This document shows, in pieces, positions 16,024 through 25,239 of a stretch of DNA of 29,514 bases. The number at the start of each line of letters is the position of its first letter. Position 1 is the stretch's first letter. The notes beneath the pieces are model-generated. The model was not told the origin of the DNA and searched no databases. It saw nothing but the letters and a program-made list of their open reading frames with translations. Origin of the DNA: Terriglobia bacterium. Its GTDB lineage: Bacteria; Acidobacteriota; Terriglobia; Terriglobales; Acidobacteriaceae. A program made the position numbers and the translations under genes. The stretch lies in NCBI GenBank assembly GCA_041493865.1, contig JBGPZS010000001.1, positions 1 to 29,514 on the forward strand. The letters are read 5' to 3'.

Positions 16024-17385
16024 TTACCAGGTCTTGCGCAGCGGATGCGCTTCCGTGTTGAAGACCACTTTGCTCAGATCAAGAGTTTCTCGCGGCGCAA
16101 ACAGCAGATAGAGGTACTTGAGCGTCTCCGCCAGATAGTAACTCTCCATGCTATCTTTCTTTGCCTTGGTTTCAACGTCGCTGAGCGCGGCGTAGCCAGC
16201 GTCAGTCTTGCAGTAACGCACCAGGCTGAGAATGAACGTGGAACCCATCTCCTGGTAGCGCGGATCTTTGGTGAAGTATTCTAGGTAATACGCTGACTCG
16301 ATGATCTCCGGGCGAAGCTGATATCCGGGTGAGGTGATCTTCATGGTCTGGTAGTCGAGCGCTTCCGGCTCAATGCCAAAGGTCGTCCACATCTTATAGG
16401 ACGATTCCTGCAGCCGCCGCGCGCGGTCCAGGTCGCCCGACCGCGCCAGCACCGCGGGAAAGAACGCATCCAGCGCGCCATATTGCGTGGAGAGCCGCTT
16501 GCCGGTGTTCATATCAGCCTGCCCGTACCACAGGCCGCTTTTCGTGTTGTCGGCCAGATATTTGTTCACGGCCTTCACACTGGCTTCCCACATCTTTTTG
16601 CAGTCCTTGTCGTCAAACAGCAGCCACGATTTCAGCAGGTATTCGTAATAAGAATCTATGCCGCCGCCGATGTGGCTGGTGGTATCAATCCATTTGCCGG
16701 TTTCAACATTGATGGTGGAGCCGACCAGTCCAATGGCGGAGCGCCGGCTGTAGAGTTCCACCACAGCGCGCTTGGCCTTCTCATAGTAGATCGGCTTGCC
16801 GGAAAGTTTGCTGAGCGTGCCGAATTCGAGCAGCAGCGTGCCGATCTCGGCGGGATTGCTCTCCATGCCGCGGGTCTTGCCCGTCTTGAGATTCACGTAC
16901 ATGTAAGGCATGCCGGTGGGCGAATTGAAGACAGGCAGCAGGCGGTTGCCCAGATTGTCGGCCAGATTCAGCAGGCGCTCATCACCGCTGAGCTGGTAGC
17001 TGCTCAACAATCCGCCCAGCAGCCGGATGGTGATTTCAAAATTCTTGACCTCAATGTCCTGGTCAAAAGATAGATTTTTGGCGATGAATTCCCGCGTCTT
17101 GTTGGCTTCATCGGTCAGCCCCATCATGATCATCGTGTCCAGAGCATCCACAGGCGTCATCAGGAGCGTGCCGCTATGCCATTCGCGATAGCCTTTGCTC
17201 AGCGGCTTGAGTTCGTCATGCCCCCAGGCGTATTGCTTGTAGGCGTTCCAGGCATAGAGAAATTCGCCCCGGACCTGCAAAGCCATGGGGCCGGGAGAAG
17301 GGACTTGCGGCGTTTGTGCCAATAAGAAACCAGGCACGGCGACGACCATGCCGATGAAAGCGGCGATCGAGAACCATCTGCGCAT
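16024..17385 (-). CDS. Glycoside hydrolase family 47 (class I alpha-1,2-mannosidase), secreted
   Basis: Signal peptide MRRWFSIAA...LLA, AWNAYKQYAWGHDELKP, FEITIRLLGGLLS, AEIGTLLLEF, GIDSYYEYLLK, LRPEIIES, MESYYLAETLKYLYLLF, FNTEAHP. Confidence 0.93.
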   Translation of the reverse strand: MRRWFSIAAFIGMVVAVPGFLLAQTPQVPSPGPMALQVRGEFLYAWNAYKQYAWGHDELKPLSKGYREWHSGTLLMTPVDALDTMIMMGLTDEANKTREFIAKNLSFDQDIEVKNFEITIRLLGGLLSSYQLSGDERLLNLADNLGNRLLPVFNSPTGMPYMYVNLKTGKTRGMESNPAEIGTLLLEFGTLSKLSGKPIYYEKAKRAVVELYSRRSAIGLVGSTINVETGKWIDTTSHIGGGIDSYYEYLLKSWLLFDDKDCKKMWEASVKAVNKYLADNTKSGLWYGQADMNTGKRLSTQYGALDAFFPAVLARSGDLDRARRLQESSYKMWTTFGIEPEALDYQTMKITSPGYQLRPEIIESAYYLEYFTKDPRYQEMGSTFILSLVRYCKTDAGYAALSDVETKAKKDSMESYYLAETLKYLYLLFAPRETLDLSKVVFNTEAHPLRKTW

Positions 17386-17486
17386 GAAGCAAAGTCTCCC
17401 ATGGGATTTGGGTAGAATCGCATCCATTATCGCAGACAGAGAAGTGATCTTGCGCAAGGAAGAGCGTGCGATCGATGGGCGCCGAG

Positions 17487-17520
17487 AAAAACGAAATCCC
17501 CCACGAGCGTGAGGGATTTT
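17487..17520 (-). terminator. Terminator-like hairpin downstream of the DUF2911 gene
   Basis: Minus strand AAATCCCTCAC-GCTC-GTGGGGGATTT followed by CGTTTTT. Confidence 0.6.
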
Positions 17521-17543
17521 GCAAGTGATCTATTTCTTGTGGT

Positions 17544-18611
17544 TTACTTGTTGATGTCTTCCTTCGCTTCCAGGCGCTTGGTGAATCCATCCAGCGTGCC
17601 TTTGATCTGGTCAGGGGCCGCCACGGAAGCCAGCTTCATTTCTTTTACTGCCGTGTCATAGTCGCCCTTGGCAACCGCTATACGCGCGGCTTCATTGTGG
17701 GCGGTCCAGTGGTTCGGGTTCTTCTTGATATTCGTGCGAAAGACCTCGAACGCCAGGTCCTGTTTACCCTCAATCTGAAGCTGGCGGCCATACGAGTGAA
17801 GCTGAGTGACATTGGCGATGCCCAGCGCTCTATTGCGCGCCACCGTGGCGTCATCTTTCTTGTTCAACGCGTCAAGAATGCGCGCCTTGTTGATGAGATT
17901 ATCGTAGCGTTCCTCCACGCCGATGGAGCGGTCTTCATATTTCAGGGCTTCTTCCAGGTTGTACTTGTTGGCCAGGAAGTAGCCGGCGGCATCGTCCCAG
18001 CCGTCCCAAGTGTACTGAGGAAGGCCGCGGAGCTGGTCGTGCAGGCTGTGGACCACAACGTCATGCGTGTTGACCTCAACTTTGAGCGATACAGCTACTT
18101 TTTCCCAGCGCAGCGATACCACGGCAGAGTCAGGCGTGACACTGTCAATGTCATAAGCCAGAGCTTCTTTCATCTCGGCAGTCTGTGGCTTCACAATTAC
18201 GCGCAGCGCGTCTTCAGACTGGTTGTAGGTAAAGCTGCCCCACGCGGATGAATTTTTCGAGAAGATCACGGTCCATTCATTCTCGGCCGGAATCATGTGC
18301 AGACCGTAAATGCCCTTTGGGAGCGACTTGCCTTCAATGGCGACCGGGTCGCTGAATTCGATGGTGGTGTTTTCATTGGCGCCGGCACGCCACACCTGGC
18401 CGTAGGGAACAATGTTGCCCCAGATTTTTCTGCCCTTCACCAGGGGGCGATGGTAGTTGATGGTGATGTCGGTGATGCCGACGCGTTGCATGACCTTGGC
18501 GTGCTGGCTGTCCCGCGGCAGGTCCAGCAGAGCGGACTGCGCGTTGGCCTGGGTTACGGCGGCAAAGCAAGACGCAACCAGGAGCGTTGCGTTTGCGAGA
18601 TATTTGCGCAT
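17544..18611 (-). CDS. DUF2911 domain protein with C-terminal TPR-like helices, secreted
   Basis: GGAGG SD, signal peptide, QRVGITDITINYHRP.VKGR.IWG..VPYG.VWRAGANE.TTI, then a helical Ala-rich repeat region. Confidence 0.85.
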   Translation of the reverse strand: MRKYLANATLLVASCFAAVTQANAQSALLDLPRDSQHAKVMQRVGITDITINYHRPLVKGRKIWGNIVPYGQVWRAGANENTTIEFSDPVAIEGKSLPKGIYGLHMIPAENEWTVIFSKNSSAWGSFTYNQSEDALRVIVKPQTAEMKEALAYDIDSVTPDSAVVSLRWEKVAVSLKVEVNTHDVVVHSLHDQLRGLPQYTWDGWDDAAGYFLANKYNLEEALKYEDRSIGVEERYDNLINKARILDALNKKDDATVARNRALGIANVTQLHSYGRQLQIEGKQDLAFEVFRTNIKKNPNHWTAHNEAARIAVAKGDYDTAVKEMKLASVAAPDQIKGTLDGFTKRLEAKEDINK

Positions 18612-18716
18612 GTGGGAGCCTCCATGGGATGAATTGTGCGGCCAGAGAAGTAGCCGAGAAGTTAGACGAGAAGCTCGCGCCGTTGTTAGCGACCGGCTTC
18701 CCGTCCACGGCAGCAA

Positions 18717-19142
18717 CTAATTCTCCAGTTGTGCATCTATTGTGATCTTGGCGTTCAGCAGTTTGGAGATGGGGCAGCCTTCTTTGGCGTTTTTGGCCGC
18801 CTCCTCGAACTTGGCCTTGTCAGCGCCGGGGATCTTGGCCTTCACCTGCAAGTGGGACGAGGTGACGGCAAAACCGGTGTCGAGTTTTTCCAGTGTAACA
18901 GTGGCTGTGGTATCGATGGATTGCGCCGTCATGCCGGCATTGCCAAGCTGGGCGGAGAGCGCCATGCTGAAGCATCCGGCGTGGGCCGCGGCGATCAATT
19001 CTTCCGGATTGGTGCCCGGCTGCGATTCAAAACGAGTCGCGAAAGAGTAAGGCGTATTTTTGAGCACTCCGCTGGGCGAGGCCAGTGTACCTTTGCCGTC
19101 CTTCAGCCCGCCGCTCCAGTGTGCGCTTGCGTTCCTTTGCAT
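18717..19142 (-). CDS. osmC: OsmC family peroxiredoxin
   Basis: W.GGLKDGKG, YSF.TRFE..PGTNPEELIAAAHAGCFSMAL, AK.GCPISK (both catalytic Cys). Confidence 0.95.
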   Translation of the reverse strand: MQRNASAHWSGGLKDGKGTLASPSGVLKNTPYSFATRFESQPGTNPEELIAAAHAGCFSMALSAQLGNAGMTAQSIDTTATVTLEKLDTGFAVTSSHLQVKAKIPGADKAKFEEAAKNAKEGCPISKLLNAKITIDAQLEN

Positions 19143-19319
19143 GAGTTGGTTGTTCCTCCGATATCGAGATGCAAGAATTGTATACGGGACATGGCCGTTG
19201 GCGCTTTTTGCGCCAGCCGCAAGTCAAGACGCCACGGCGTTCTCCGCGTGGCGCCTGGTCTTTGTACAATAGTCGCGGCGCTTGCTGCACAAGAGCGCTT
19301 ACTTCACAAGGAAGCCCCG

Positions 19320-20873
19320 ATGTTTGAACGATACACAGAGAATGCCCGCAGGACCATTTGTTTTGGCCGCTATGAAGCCAGCCAGTTGGGCAGCCCGTAT
19401 ATCGAGACGGAGCACCTCTTGCTCGGCGTGCTGCGCGAGGACAAGGCCCTGACCAATCGGTTCCTGCGGGGCCATGCCCAGGTCGAGTCCATTCGCAAAC
19501 AGATCGAAGAGGCCACAATTATTCGAGAGAAGGTTTCGACCTCGGTTGACCTGCCGCTCAGCAACGAAAGTAAACGCGTGCTGGCCTACGCAGCGGAAGA
19601 AGCCGAGCGCTTGTCACACAAACATATCGGTACGGAGCACATGTTGCTGGGGCTGCTGCGCGAAGAAAACTCATTCGCCGCACAGCTTCTGAACGAGCGT
19701 GGTGTTCGTCTTTCGGCGGTCCGCGAGGAGTTGGCGCGGACGCAGCCTGAGGAGCGGGCTGAGGCCTCGCGGGGATTCGCATTGCTTTCGGATTTCAGCA
19801 TCTATCTCACGCGGCTGGCCAAAATGGGGCGGCTTCGTCCTTTGGTAGGCCGGGAAAATGTGCTGGAACAAATCCTTCATGTGCTTGGCCGGTCCGCCAA
19901 AAACAACGTGGTGCTGGTGGGCGAATCCGGAGTGGGAAAGAGGACCATCGTGGAAGGCCTGGTGCAGCGCGTGGCCGATGGCATGGCGCCGGCATTTCTG
20001 GAAAACAAACTCTTCGTCGCTCTCGACCTGTCTGTGATCATCGCCGCAGCCCAGCATGGCGCGCAGGCCAGGGGGTTCCTCAAGGGCGCGACCCAGGAAC
20101 TGATCACAGATGGCGCGAGCACCATTTTCTTCTTTGACGAGTTGTACGCGCTACTTGCTACCGAACCAGGCGGTGGAGCGCATGAAGCGGTCACGCTGCT
20201 CAAACAATCGTTATTGAGCGGCCATGTGCGCTGCATAGCCGCGGCCACTCCGGAGGAACATCGCGCCGCCACGAAGAAAGCACGATGGCTGGAACGCTGC
20301 TTCCGCGCCGTCAAGGTCCAGCCGGCAAGTGAAGGCGAGGCGATCCGGACCTTGCAGGGCATTAAAGATCGCTTCGAAAAATTCCATTCCATACAGTACT
20401 CGGACGAGGCCCTGACTTCTGCGGTCGTTTACTCGAATCGTTACGTGAAGGACCGCTACCTGCCGGACAAGGCCATTGATTTGATCGACGATGCCGGAGC
20501 GTACTTGAAGATGAAGCTGGGGAAAGTCGTCTTACCTGAAGAGGTAGTCGAGGGCCAGAAGCGCCTCAAATTCATTGCCGGGCGACAGGAGATGGCCATC
20601 AGCAACCACGAGTTTGAAAAGGCACGCTTCTATAACGACGAGGAACGCAAGCAGCGCGAGGAGTTGCGCCAACTGTACCTGAAACACAACATTCAAGATG
20701 TCCCCGTCGGCACGGTCACCGTGGAGCACATTGAAGAAGTGCTGGCACGCTGGACGGGAATGCCAGTGGCTTGGATACGCCAGGCGCCTTCATCACCGGA
20801 GAGCGTTGCACAGAAGCAAAAGCCGGATGCGCGGGTACGCGAAAAGAAACCAAGGAAGAGAAAGTCCCCGTAG
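19320..20873 (+). CDS. Half-length ClpC-like protein (517 aa): double Clp-N repeat, one degenerate AAA+ module, UVR coiled coil, no second AAA+ module
   Basis: MFERYTE.ARR...RYEASQLGSPYIETEHLLLG, Walker A GESGVGKR, Walker B FFFDE, DRYLPDKAIDLIDDAG, UVR-like segment, EVLARWTGMPV, then a short basic tail and a stop. Confidence 0.85.
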   Translation: MFERYTENARRTICFGRYEASQLGSPYIETEHLLLGVLREDKALTNRFLRGHAQVESIRKQIEEATIIREKVSTSVDLPLSNESKRVLAYAAEEAERLSHKHIGTEHMLLGLLREENSFAAQLLNERGVRLSAVREELARTQPEERAEASRGFALLSDFSIYLTRLAKMGRLRPLVGRENVLEQILHVLGRSAKNNVVLVGESGVGKRTIVEGLVQRVADGMAPAFLENKLFVALDLSVIIAAAQHGAQARGFLKGATQELITDGASTIFFFDELYALLATEPGGGAHEAVTLLKQSLLSGHVRCIAAATPEEHRAATKKARWLERCFRAVKVQPASEGEAIRTLQGIKDRFEKFHSIQYSDEALTSAVVYSNRYVKDRYLPDKAIDLIDDAGAYLKMKLGKVVLPEEVVEGQKRLKFIAGRQEMAISNHEFEKARFYNDEERKQREELRQLYLKHNIQDVPVGTVTVEHIEEVLARWTGMPVAWIRQAPSSPESVAQKQKPDARVREKKPRKRKSP

Positions 20874-20880
20874 CCAGCGG

Positions 20881-21546
20881 TCACCTCTTCCTTATCGAAG
20901 GGGCAGCTACGTCAAGCACGACCATCTCCCCACGAAGCTCGGCTTTCACTGCCGCCAGCGAAGCCACCACCGCATCAGCCGCTTGCAAGGCCGGAGCAGG
21001 ATACGTGGTATGCAACGCGACCACCTGCGCTCCCGCGGCACGGGCGGATGCAACGCCCGACGGCGTATCTTCGAACACCAGACAATCGCTCGCGGCGAAG
21101 CCAGCCAATGCTGCGCCTTTCAAGTATGGTTCAGGAGAAGGCTTGCCGTGGGTCACATCGTCAGCGGTGACCATCTGCGTGGGAATGGGGAGGCCGGCAT
21201 ATCCCAGACGCGCCACCGCCAGAGGGCGCGTGGCAGAGGTGACAATAGCAAATCTTTGTAGAGGCAGGCCGCGCAAGAGTTCGGCCGCGCCGGGCAGGGC
21301 TTTCACGCCTTCCTTGTCCTCAATCTCCATCTGCTCGACCTTCACGTTCTCACGCTCGGCGTCGATGTGGGGCGCCACCGCGCGGATGGTCTCAATGCTG
21401 CGGCGCCCGTGGGCCTGCTCAATGACGCGAACGGGATCAAGACCGCGGGCGGAGGCCCAGGCGCGCCATACCCGCTCCACGGCGGGAGCGGAGTCAATCA
21501 GCACGCCGTCCATGTCAAAGAGAATGGCTTTTGCCTGGAAGATCAT
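20881..21546 (-). CDS. HAD-IA family hydrolase (YfbT/YniC-like sugar phosphatase)
   Basis: ILFDMDGVLIDS, IVTSA, GKPSPEPY, LVFEDTPSG. Start placed at ATG 21546. Confidence 0.92.
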   Translation of the reverse strand: MIFQAKAILFDMDGVLIDSAPAVERVWRAWASARGLDPVRVIEQAHGRRSIETIRAVAPHIDAERENVKVEQMEIEDKEGVKALPGAAELLRGLPLQRFAIVTSATRPLAVARLGYAGLPIPTQMVTADDVTHGKPSPEPYLKGAALAGFAASDCLVFEDTPSGVASARAAGAQVVALHTTYPAPALQAADAVVASLAAVKAELRGEMVVLDVAAPSIRKR

Positions 21547-21774
21547 TTTCCAGAATAACAGCAAGCGGCAATCCCGGCCGTTAACACAACTTATTGAAGC
21601 AATGTGCACGGCAAGGAAGCCCTAGCACCTGGGATGAAACCAGCTTGATACCATCGGATTCTGGACAATGATCTAGGGCTGGGAGGATAATCGCGGATAG
21701 TTGCTTATAGATCGAGGGTGGATTAATTCGCTGAGTTCTTGGCCTGGTCCAGCCTTCATGCATTGGAGAGTAAC

Positions 21775-22362
21775 TTGAAAAAACTATCTTTGTTCGTTGC
21801 GTCCTTTTGCCTGTTTTTTCTGCTGGGAAGCACGGCGCAAGCGCAGCAGTTTGATTTGTCGTTCGGCGTCTCCGCCCTGACCGCGCCGGCGAGCACTGCC
21901 ACGCTGCAGACCATGGGTGGCGGGGCCTATCCGTCATTCGGCCTGGATTTCCTCTTCTACCACAACCTTGGGATTGGCTTTAATGCGGCGTTTCGCGGCA
22001 GCCAAAACCTCTATCAGGGATTTCAGCCTTTTCGCCCATTTCTCTATAACGTGGGCGCTGTTTACGCGCCTCCGCTGGGCAAACGTGCGCAGTTGGAGTT
22101 ATCGGCGGGAATCGGCGCGGAGAGCATCCGCTTTTACACGCCGTTCCTGACCTGCAGCTCTTTCACAGGATGCACGGATTTCGTCAGCAGCAATCACTTT
22201 CTAGGGCAATTTGGCGGTGGGTTGCGCCTTTATGTTACGCCTCGCATCTTCATCCGTCCTGAAGCCAGTCTTTATCTGATCAACAACAATTTTGAATTCA
22301 GCGGCTCCCGGGCAACGCGTTTCGGCGTTTCCCTCGGCTACTCGTTCAAGAACCAGGAATAG
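21775..22362 (+). CDS. Outer-membrane beta-barrel protein (OmpA/OmpW-like 8-strand)
   Basis: GGAGAG SD then TTG. Signal peptide ends AQA-Q. Alternating aromatic/Gly beta-strands, with C-terminal GVSLGYSF. Confidence 0.75.
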   Translation: MKKLSLFVASFCLFFLLGSTAQAQQFDLSFGVSALTAPASTATLQTMGGGAYPSFGLDFLFYHNLGIGFNAAFRGSQNLYQGFQPFRPFLYNVGAVYAPPLGKRAQLELSAGIGAESIRFYTPFLTCSSFTGCTDFVSSNHFLGQFGGGLRLYVTPRIFIRPEASLYLINNNFEFSGSRATRFGVSLGYSFKNQE

Positions 22363-22390
22363 CCTTCGCGTCTCAATGTGATGATTTGTT

Positions 22391-22418
22391 AAGGCCCATC
22401 CCGCGGGATGGGCCTTTT
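22391..22418 (+). terminator. Rho-independent terminator
   Basis: AAGGCCCATCCC-GC-GGGATGGGCCTT-TT: a 12-bp perfect stem ending in a U run, just after the beta-barrel gene. Confidence 0.85.
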
Positions 22419-22533
22419 GTACATTCAGGGTCCCGCCGGGCGGACATGCCCGCCAACGGGCACGGCCGTTTTATCTTTGTGCCTGTCCAACGATGAGCAG
22501 CTCGGGAACATCTAACACCCTGGAGTTGAATTC

Positions 22534-23355
22534 ATGGCGACCCGGATTTTGTTCGTCGATGACGAGGCGGGGATACGCAAGACACTGAAACTGATTTTGG
22601 AACAACATGGGTTCGAGGTCACCACGTCAGCCACGGTCCCCGAAGCCCTGAAAAATATCAATCATGCAACCTTTGAAGTGCTGCTTTCCGACTTGAACAT
22701 CGGCCAGCCCGGAGATGGTTTTACCGTGGTGAGCGCCATGCGCCGCGTGCAGCCTGAAGCCGCAACGTTCATTCTTACCGGCTATCCTGATTTTGATACC
22801 GCTTTACAAGCCATCCGCAGCCAGGTGGACGATTACCTGCTCAAGCCGACTGACGTGCCCACGCTGATCCAGACCATCCGCCGCCGGTTGGAGCATCGGC
22901 GTCCCGTCCCGCCGGAACGGCCCTTGAAACGCGTTTCACAACTGATGCGGGAGAGCCTGGCGGACATTTCCCGGCAGTGGCTGGACCTGGTGAAATCCAA
23001 CTCCGAGCTTACCGCCATTCGCTTGCGCGACAACGAGCGCATTGACCATCTGCCGCAGGTAGTGGAGGAGATGGCGAACCGCGTGGATATGTGTTCAGAA
23101 GAAACCACAGATGCCGGAAAGACGGCGGCCACTGAGCATGGCAAGGAGCGTGCCCGCCAAGGCTACACCATTCCACTGATTGTGATTGAAATGCGATTGC
23201 TGCAACGCGTTCTTTCTTCCATCCTGCAGCGCAACCTGATTCGCATGGATTTAAGCACGGTGATCGGAGACATGCTGCAGGTGGGCGAAAGCCTGCAGGA
23301 GCAGCTGGAGTTTTCCATTCGCGGCTTTCAGAAGAGCTCGCGCGAAGCCGCATAA
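22534..23355 (+). CDS. Response regulator: receiver domain plus RsbRD_N/HisK_N-like helical (non-heme globin-like) C-terminal domain
   Basis: ILFVDDE, LLSDLNIG (phospho-Asp), ILTGY, YLLKP. The C-terminal ..EHGKERARQGYTIPLIVIEMRLLQR.. resembles RsbRD_N. Confidence 0.8.
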   Translation: MATRILFVDDEAGIRKTLKLILEQHGFEVTTSATVPEALKNINHATFEVLLSDLNIGQPGDGFTVVSAMRRVQPEAATFILTGYPDFDTALQAIRSQVDDYLLKPTDVPTLIQTIRRRLEHRRPVPPERPLKRVSQLMRESLADISRQWLDLVKSNSELTAIRLRDNERIDHLPQVVEEMANRVDMCSEETTDAGKTAATEHGKERARQGYTIPLIVIEMRLLQRVLSSILQRNLIRMDLSTVIGDMLQVGESLQEQLEFSIRGFQKSSREAA

Positions 23356-23373
23356 CCCTTTGCCCGGAGCAGC

Positions 23374-23883
23374 CTATCGTTTGGACGGCACTATTGTTGG
23401 CTGTGGAATCGTCGGAACGTGTCCGCGTTTATAGATCATCATGGTGCGGGTGAATTCAATCACCACACTGCCGTCCTGCTTGTAGCCCGTGGTCTTTACC
23501 TTCACGATGCCGACGTTCAGCCTGGACTTGGACTCGCGCTTTTCCAGGACTTCACTTCGCGAATAAACCGTGTCGCCTTCGAAAAGCGGGTTGGGCAGGC
23601 GGACCTCGTCCCAACCGAGATTGGCCATGGCGTTTTGCGATACATCCATCACGGACTGGCCGGTCACGAGCGCCAAAGTGAATGTGGAATCAACCAGCGG
23701 CTTGCCGTATTCGGTCTGCGCGCTGTACGCGGCGTCAAAGTGAATGGGGTTGGTGTTCTGCGTGAGCAGGGTGAACCAGATATTATCGGCGGCGATCACG
23801 GTGCGGCCCAGCGGATGCTGGTAAACATCGCCCACCTCAAAATCTTCGTAGACCCGTCCTGTCCAGCCTTGTTTTAGTGTCAT
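23374..23883 (-). CDS. MaoC-family (R)-enoyl-CoA hydratase/dehydratase (Rv2499c-like)
   Basis: GRVYEDFEVGDVYQHPLGRTV..ADNIWFTLLTQNTNPIHFD, NLGWDEVR.P.P.F.GDT.Y..SEV. Confidence 0.9.
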   Translation of the reverse strand: MTLKQGWTGRVYEDFEVGDVYQHPLGRTVIAADNIWFTLLTQNTNPIHFDAAYSAQTEYGKPLVDSTFTLALVTGQSVMDVSQNAMANLGWDEVRLPNPLFEGDTVYSRSEVLEKRESKSRLNVGIVKVKTTGYKQDGSVVIEFTRTMMIYKRGHVPTIPQPTIVPSKR

Positions 23884-23899
23884 AGTTCTCTCTTCGAGC

Positions 23900-25060
23900 T
23901 TAATACGAGCGCGGCAGGCCGAGCACATGTTCGGCGATATAAGCAAGTATCAGATTGGTGGAAACGGGCGCAACCTGGTAGAGCCTTGTCTCGCGAAACT
24001 TGCGCTCGATATCGTATTCTTCCGCAAAGCCGAACCCACCGTGGGTCTGGACCGCGGCGTTGGCGGACTCCCAGGAAGCGTCCGCCGCCAGCAGCTTGGC
24101 CATGTTGGCCTGGGCGCCACAGGGTTGATGCGCGTCAAACAACGCGGCGGCCTGCGCCACCATGAGTGACGCGGCTTCCACGTTGGCGTAAGCACGGGCC
24201 AGCGGGAACTGAACACCCTGGTTCTGTCCGATGGGCCTGCCGAATACGACGCGTCCCTTCGCGTAATGGCAGGCGCGCTCCAGGAACCAGCGGCCGTCGC
24301 CAACGCACTCAGCGGCAATCAGGATGCGCTCAGCGTTCAGGCCGTCAAGCAGATAGCGGAAGCCCTGGCCTTCTTCGCCGACCAGATTCTCCGCCGGCAC
24401 TTCCACATCATCAAGGAAGATTTCCGTGGTGGCATGGTTCATCATGGTGCGGATGGGGCGAATCGTCAGCCCCGGCGCATGACGAAGGTCCACTAGCAGA
24501 ACGGAGAGCCCTTCACTGCGCTTCTTGACCTGCTCCAGTGGCGTTGTGCGCGCCACCAGCAGCATCAGGTCAGAATGCTCCGCGCGCGAAATCCAAATCT
24601 TCTGTCCTTTTACCACGTACTTATCACCGGTGCGGCGAGCGAAGGTCTTCATTTGGGTGGTGTCTGAGCCGGTGGTTGGTTCGCTTACGCCGAAGGCCTG
24701 TAGACGAAGTTCGCCCCGGGCCAGCGCGGGCAGGTATTTTTTCTGCTGCTCCTCTGAGCCATGGCGCAGCAGCGTTCCCATGATGTACATCTGGGCATGG
24801 CAGGCAGAGGCATTGCCGCCCGAGCGATGAATCGCTTCCAGAATGAGTGCGGCTTCGGTCACGCCCAGCCCCGCACCTCCATGTTCTTCAGGGATGAGTG
24901 TGGCCATGTACCCGGCCCTGGTGAGCGCCTGGACAAAGTCTTCTGGATAAGCGCGTTTGCTGTCCAGTTCACGCCAGTAGGCGTCAGGAAAGTCGCGGCA
25001 CAGTTCGCCGACGGCGTTCTTCAGTTGCTGGTGCAAGCCGGCGTTGGTGGTGGATGACAT
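23900..25060 (-). CDS. Acyl-CoA dehydrogenase
   Basis: LIPEEHGGAGLG, HAQMYIMG.LLRHGSEEQ, VSEPTTGSDT, GQKIWIS, GLNAERILIAAECVG, GGFGFAEEYDIERKFRETRLYQVAP. Confidence 0.95.
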   Translation of the reverse strand: MSSTTNAGLHQQLKNAVGELCRDFPDAYWRELDSKRAYPEDFVQALTRAGYMATLIPEEHGGAGLGVTEAALILEAIHRSGGNASACHAQMYIMGTLLRHGSEEQQKKYLPALARGELRLQAFGVSEPTTGSDTTQMKTFARRTGDKYVVKGQKIWISRAEHSDLMLLVARTTPLEQVKKRSEGLSVLLVDLRHAPGLTIRPIRTMMNHATTEIFLDDVEVPAENLVGEEGQGFRYLLDGLNAERILIAAECVGDGRWFLERACHYAKGRVVFGRPIGQNQGVQFPLARAYANVEAASLMVAQAAALFDAHQPCGAQANMAKLLAADASWESANAAVQTHGGFGFAEEYDIERKFRETRLYQVAPVSTNLILAYIAEHVLGLPRSY

Positions 25061-25077
25061 GGAGGACCGTTATTAGC

Positions 25078-25149
25078 CGCGAATGCACGCGAATCAATAC
25101 GAACCACCTGGGGTGTTCTTCCATTCGCGTTCTTTCGCGTTGATTCGTG
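25078..25149. repeat. Imperfect inverted repeat made of ~10-bp CGCGAATNNA units (third REP-like family)
   Basis: Left CGCGAATGCACGCGAATCAATACGAA (25078-25103). The reverse complement of the right arm (25123-25149) is CACGAATCAACGCGAAAGAACGCGAAT. Confidence 0.65.
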
Positions 25150-25239
25150 CTGAACGGTTCAGCTGCCCCGGTCAGCGGGCACCCGTTGTTCAGAACGGCG
25201 TATTCTAATCCCGTTGCATCAGCGCGGCAACAGGACGCT

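Noticed and set aside
18729-19319. 197-aa N-terminal extension of the ClpC-like ORF in the ORF track
   Set aside because: It overlaps osmC on the opposite strand. The recognisable Clp-N sequence begins at ATG 19320.
20760-20881. Possible frameshift hiding the ClpC D2 domain
   Set aside because: The HAD gene ends 7 bp after the stop, so no sequence is left to encode D2.
20771-21625. 284-aa plus-strand ORF, and similar long alternative-frame ORFs (15060-15764, 25147-25764, 26055-26861)
   Set aside because: They are shadows of confident genes (HAD, arsM, cyclase, citE), as expected in high-GC DNA, and carry no family motifs.
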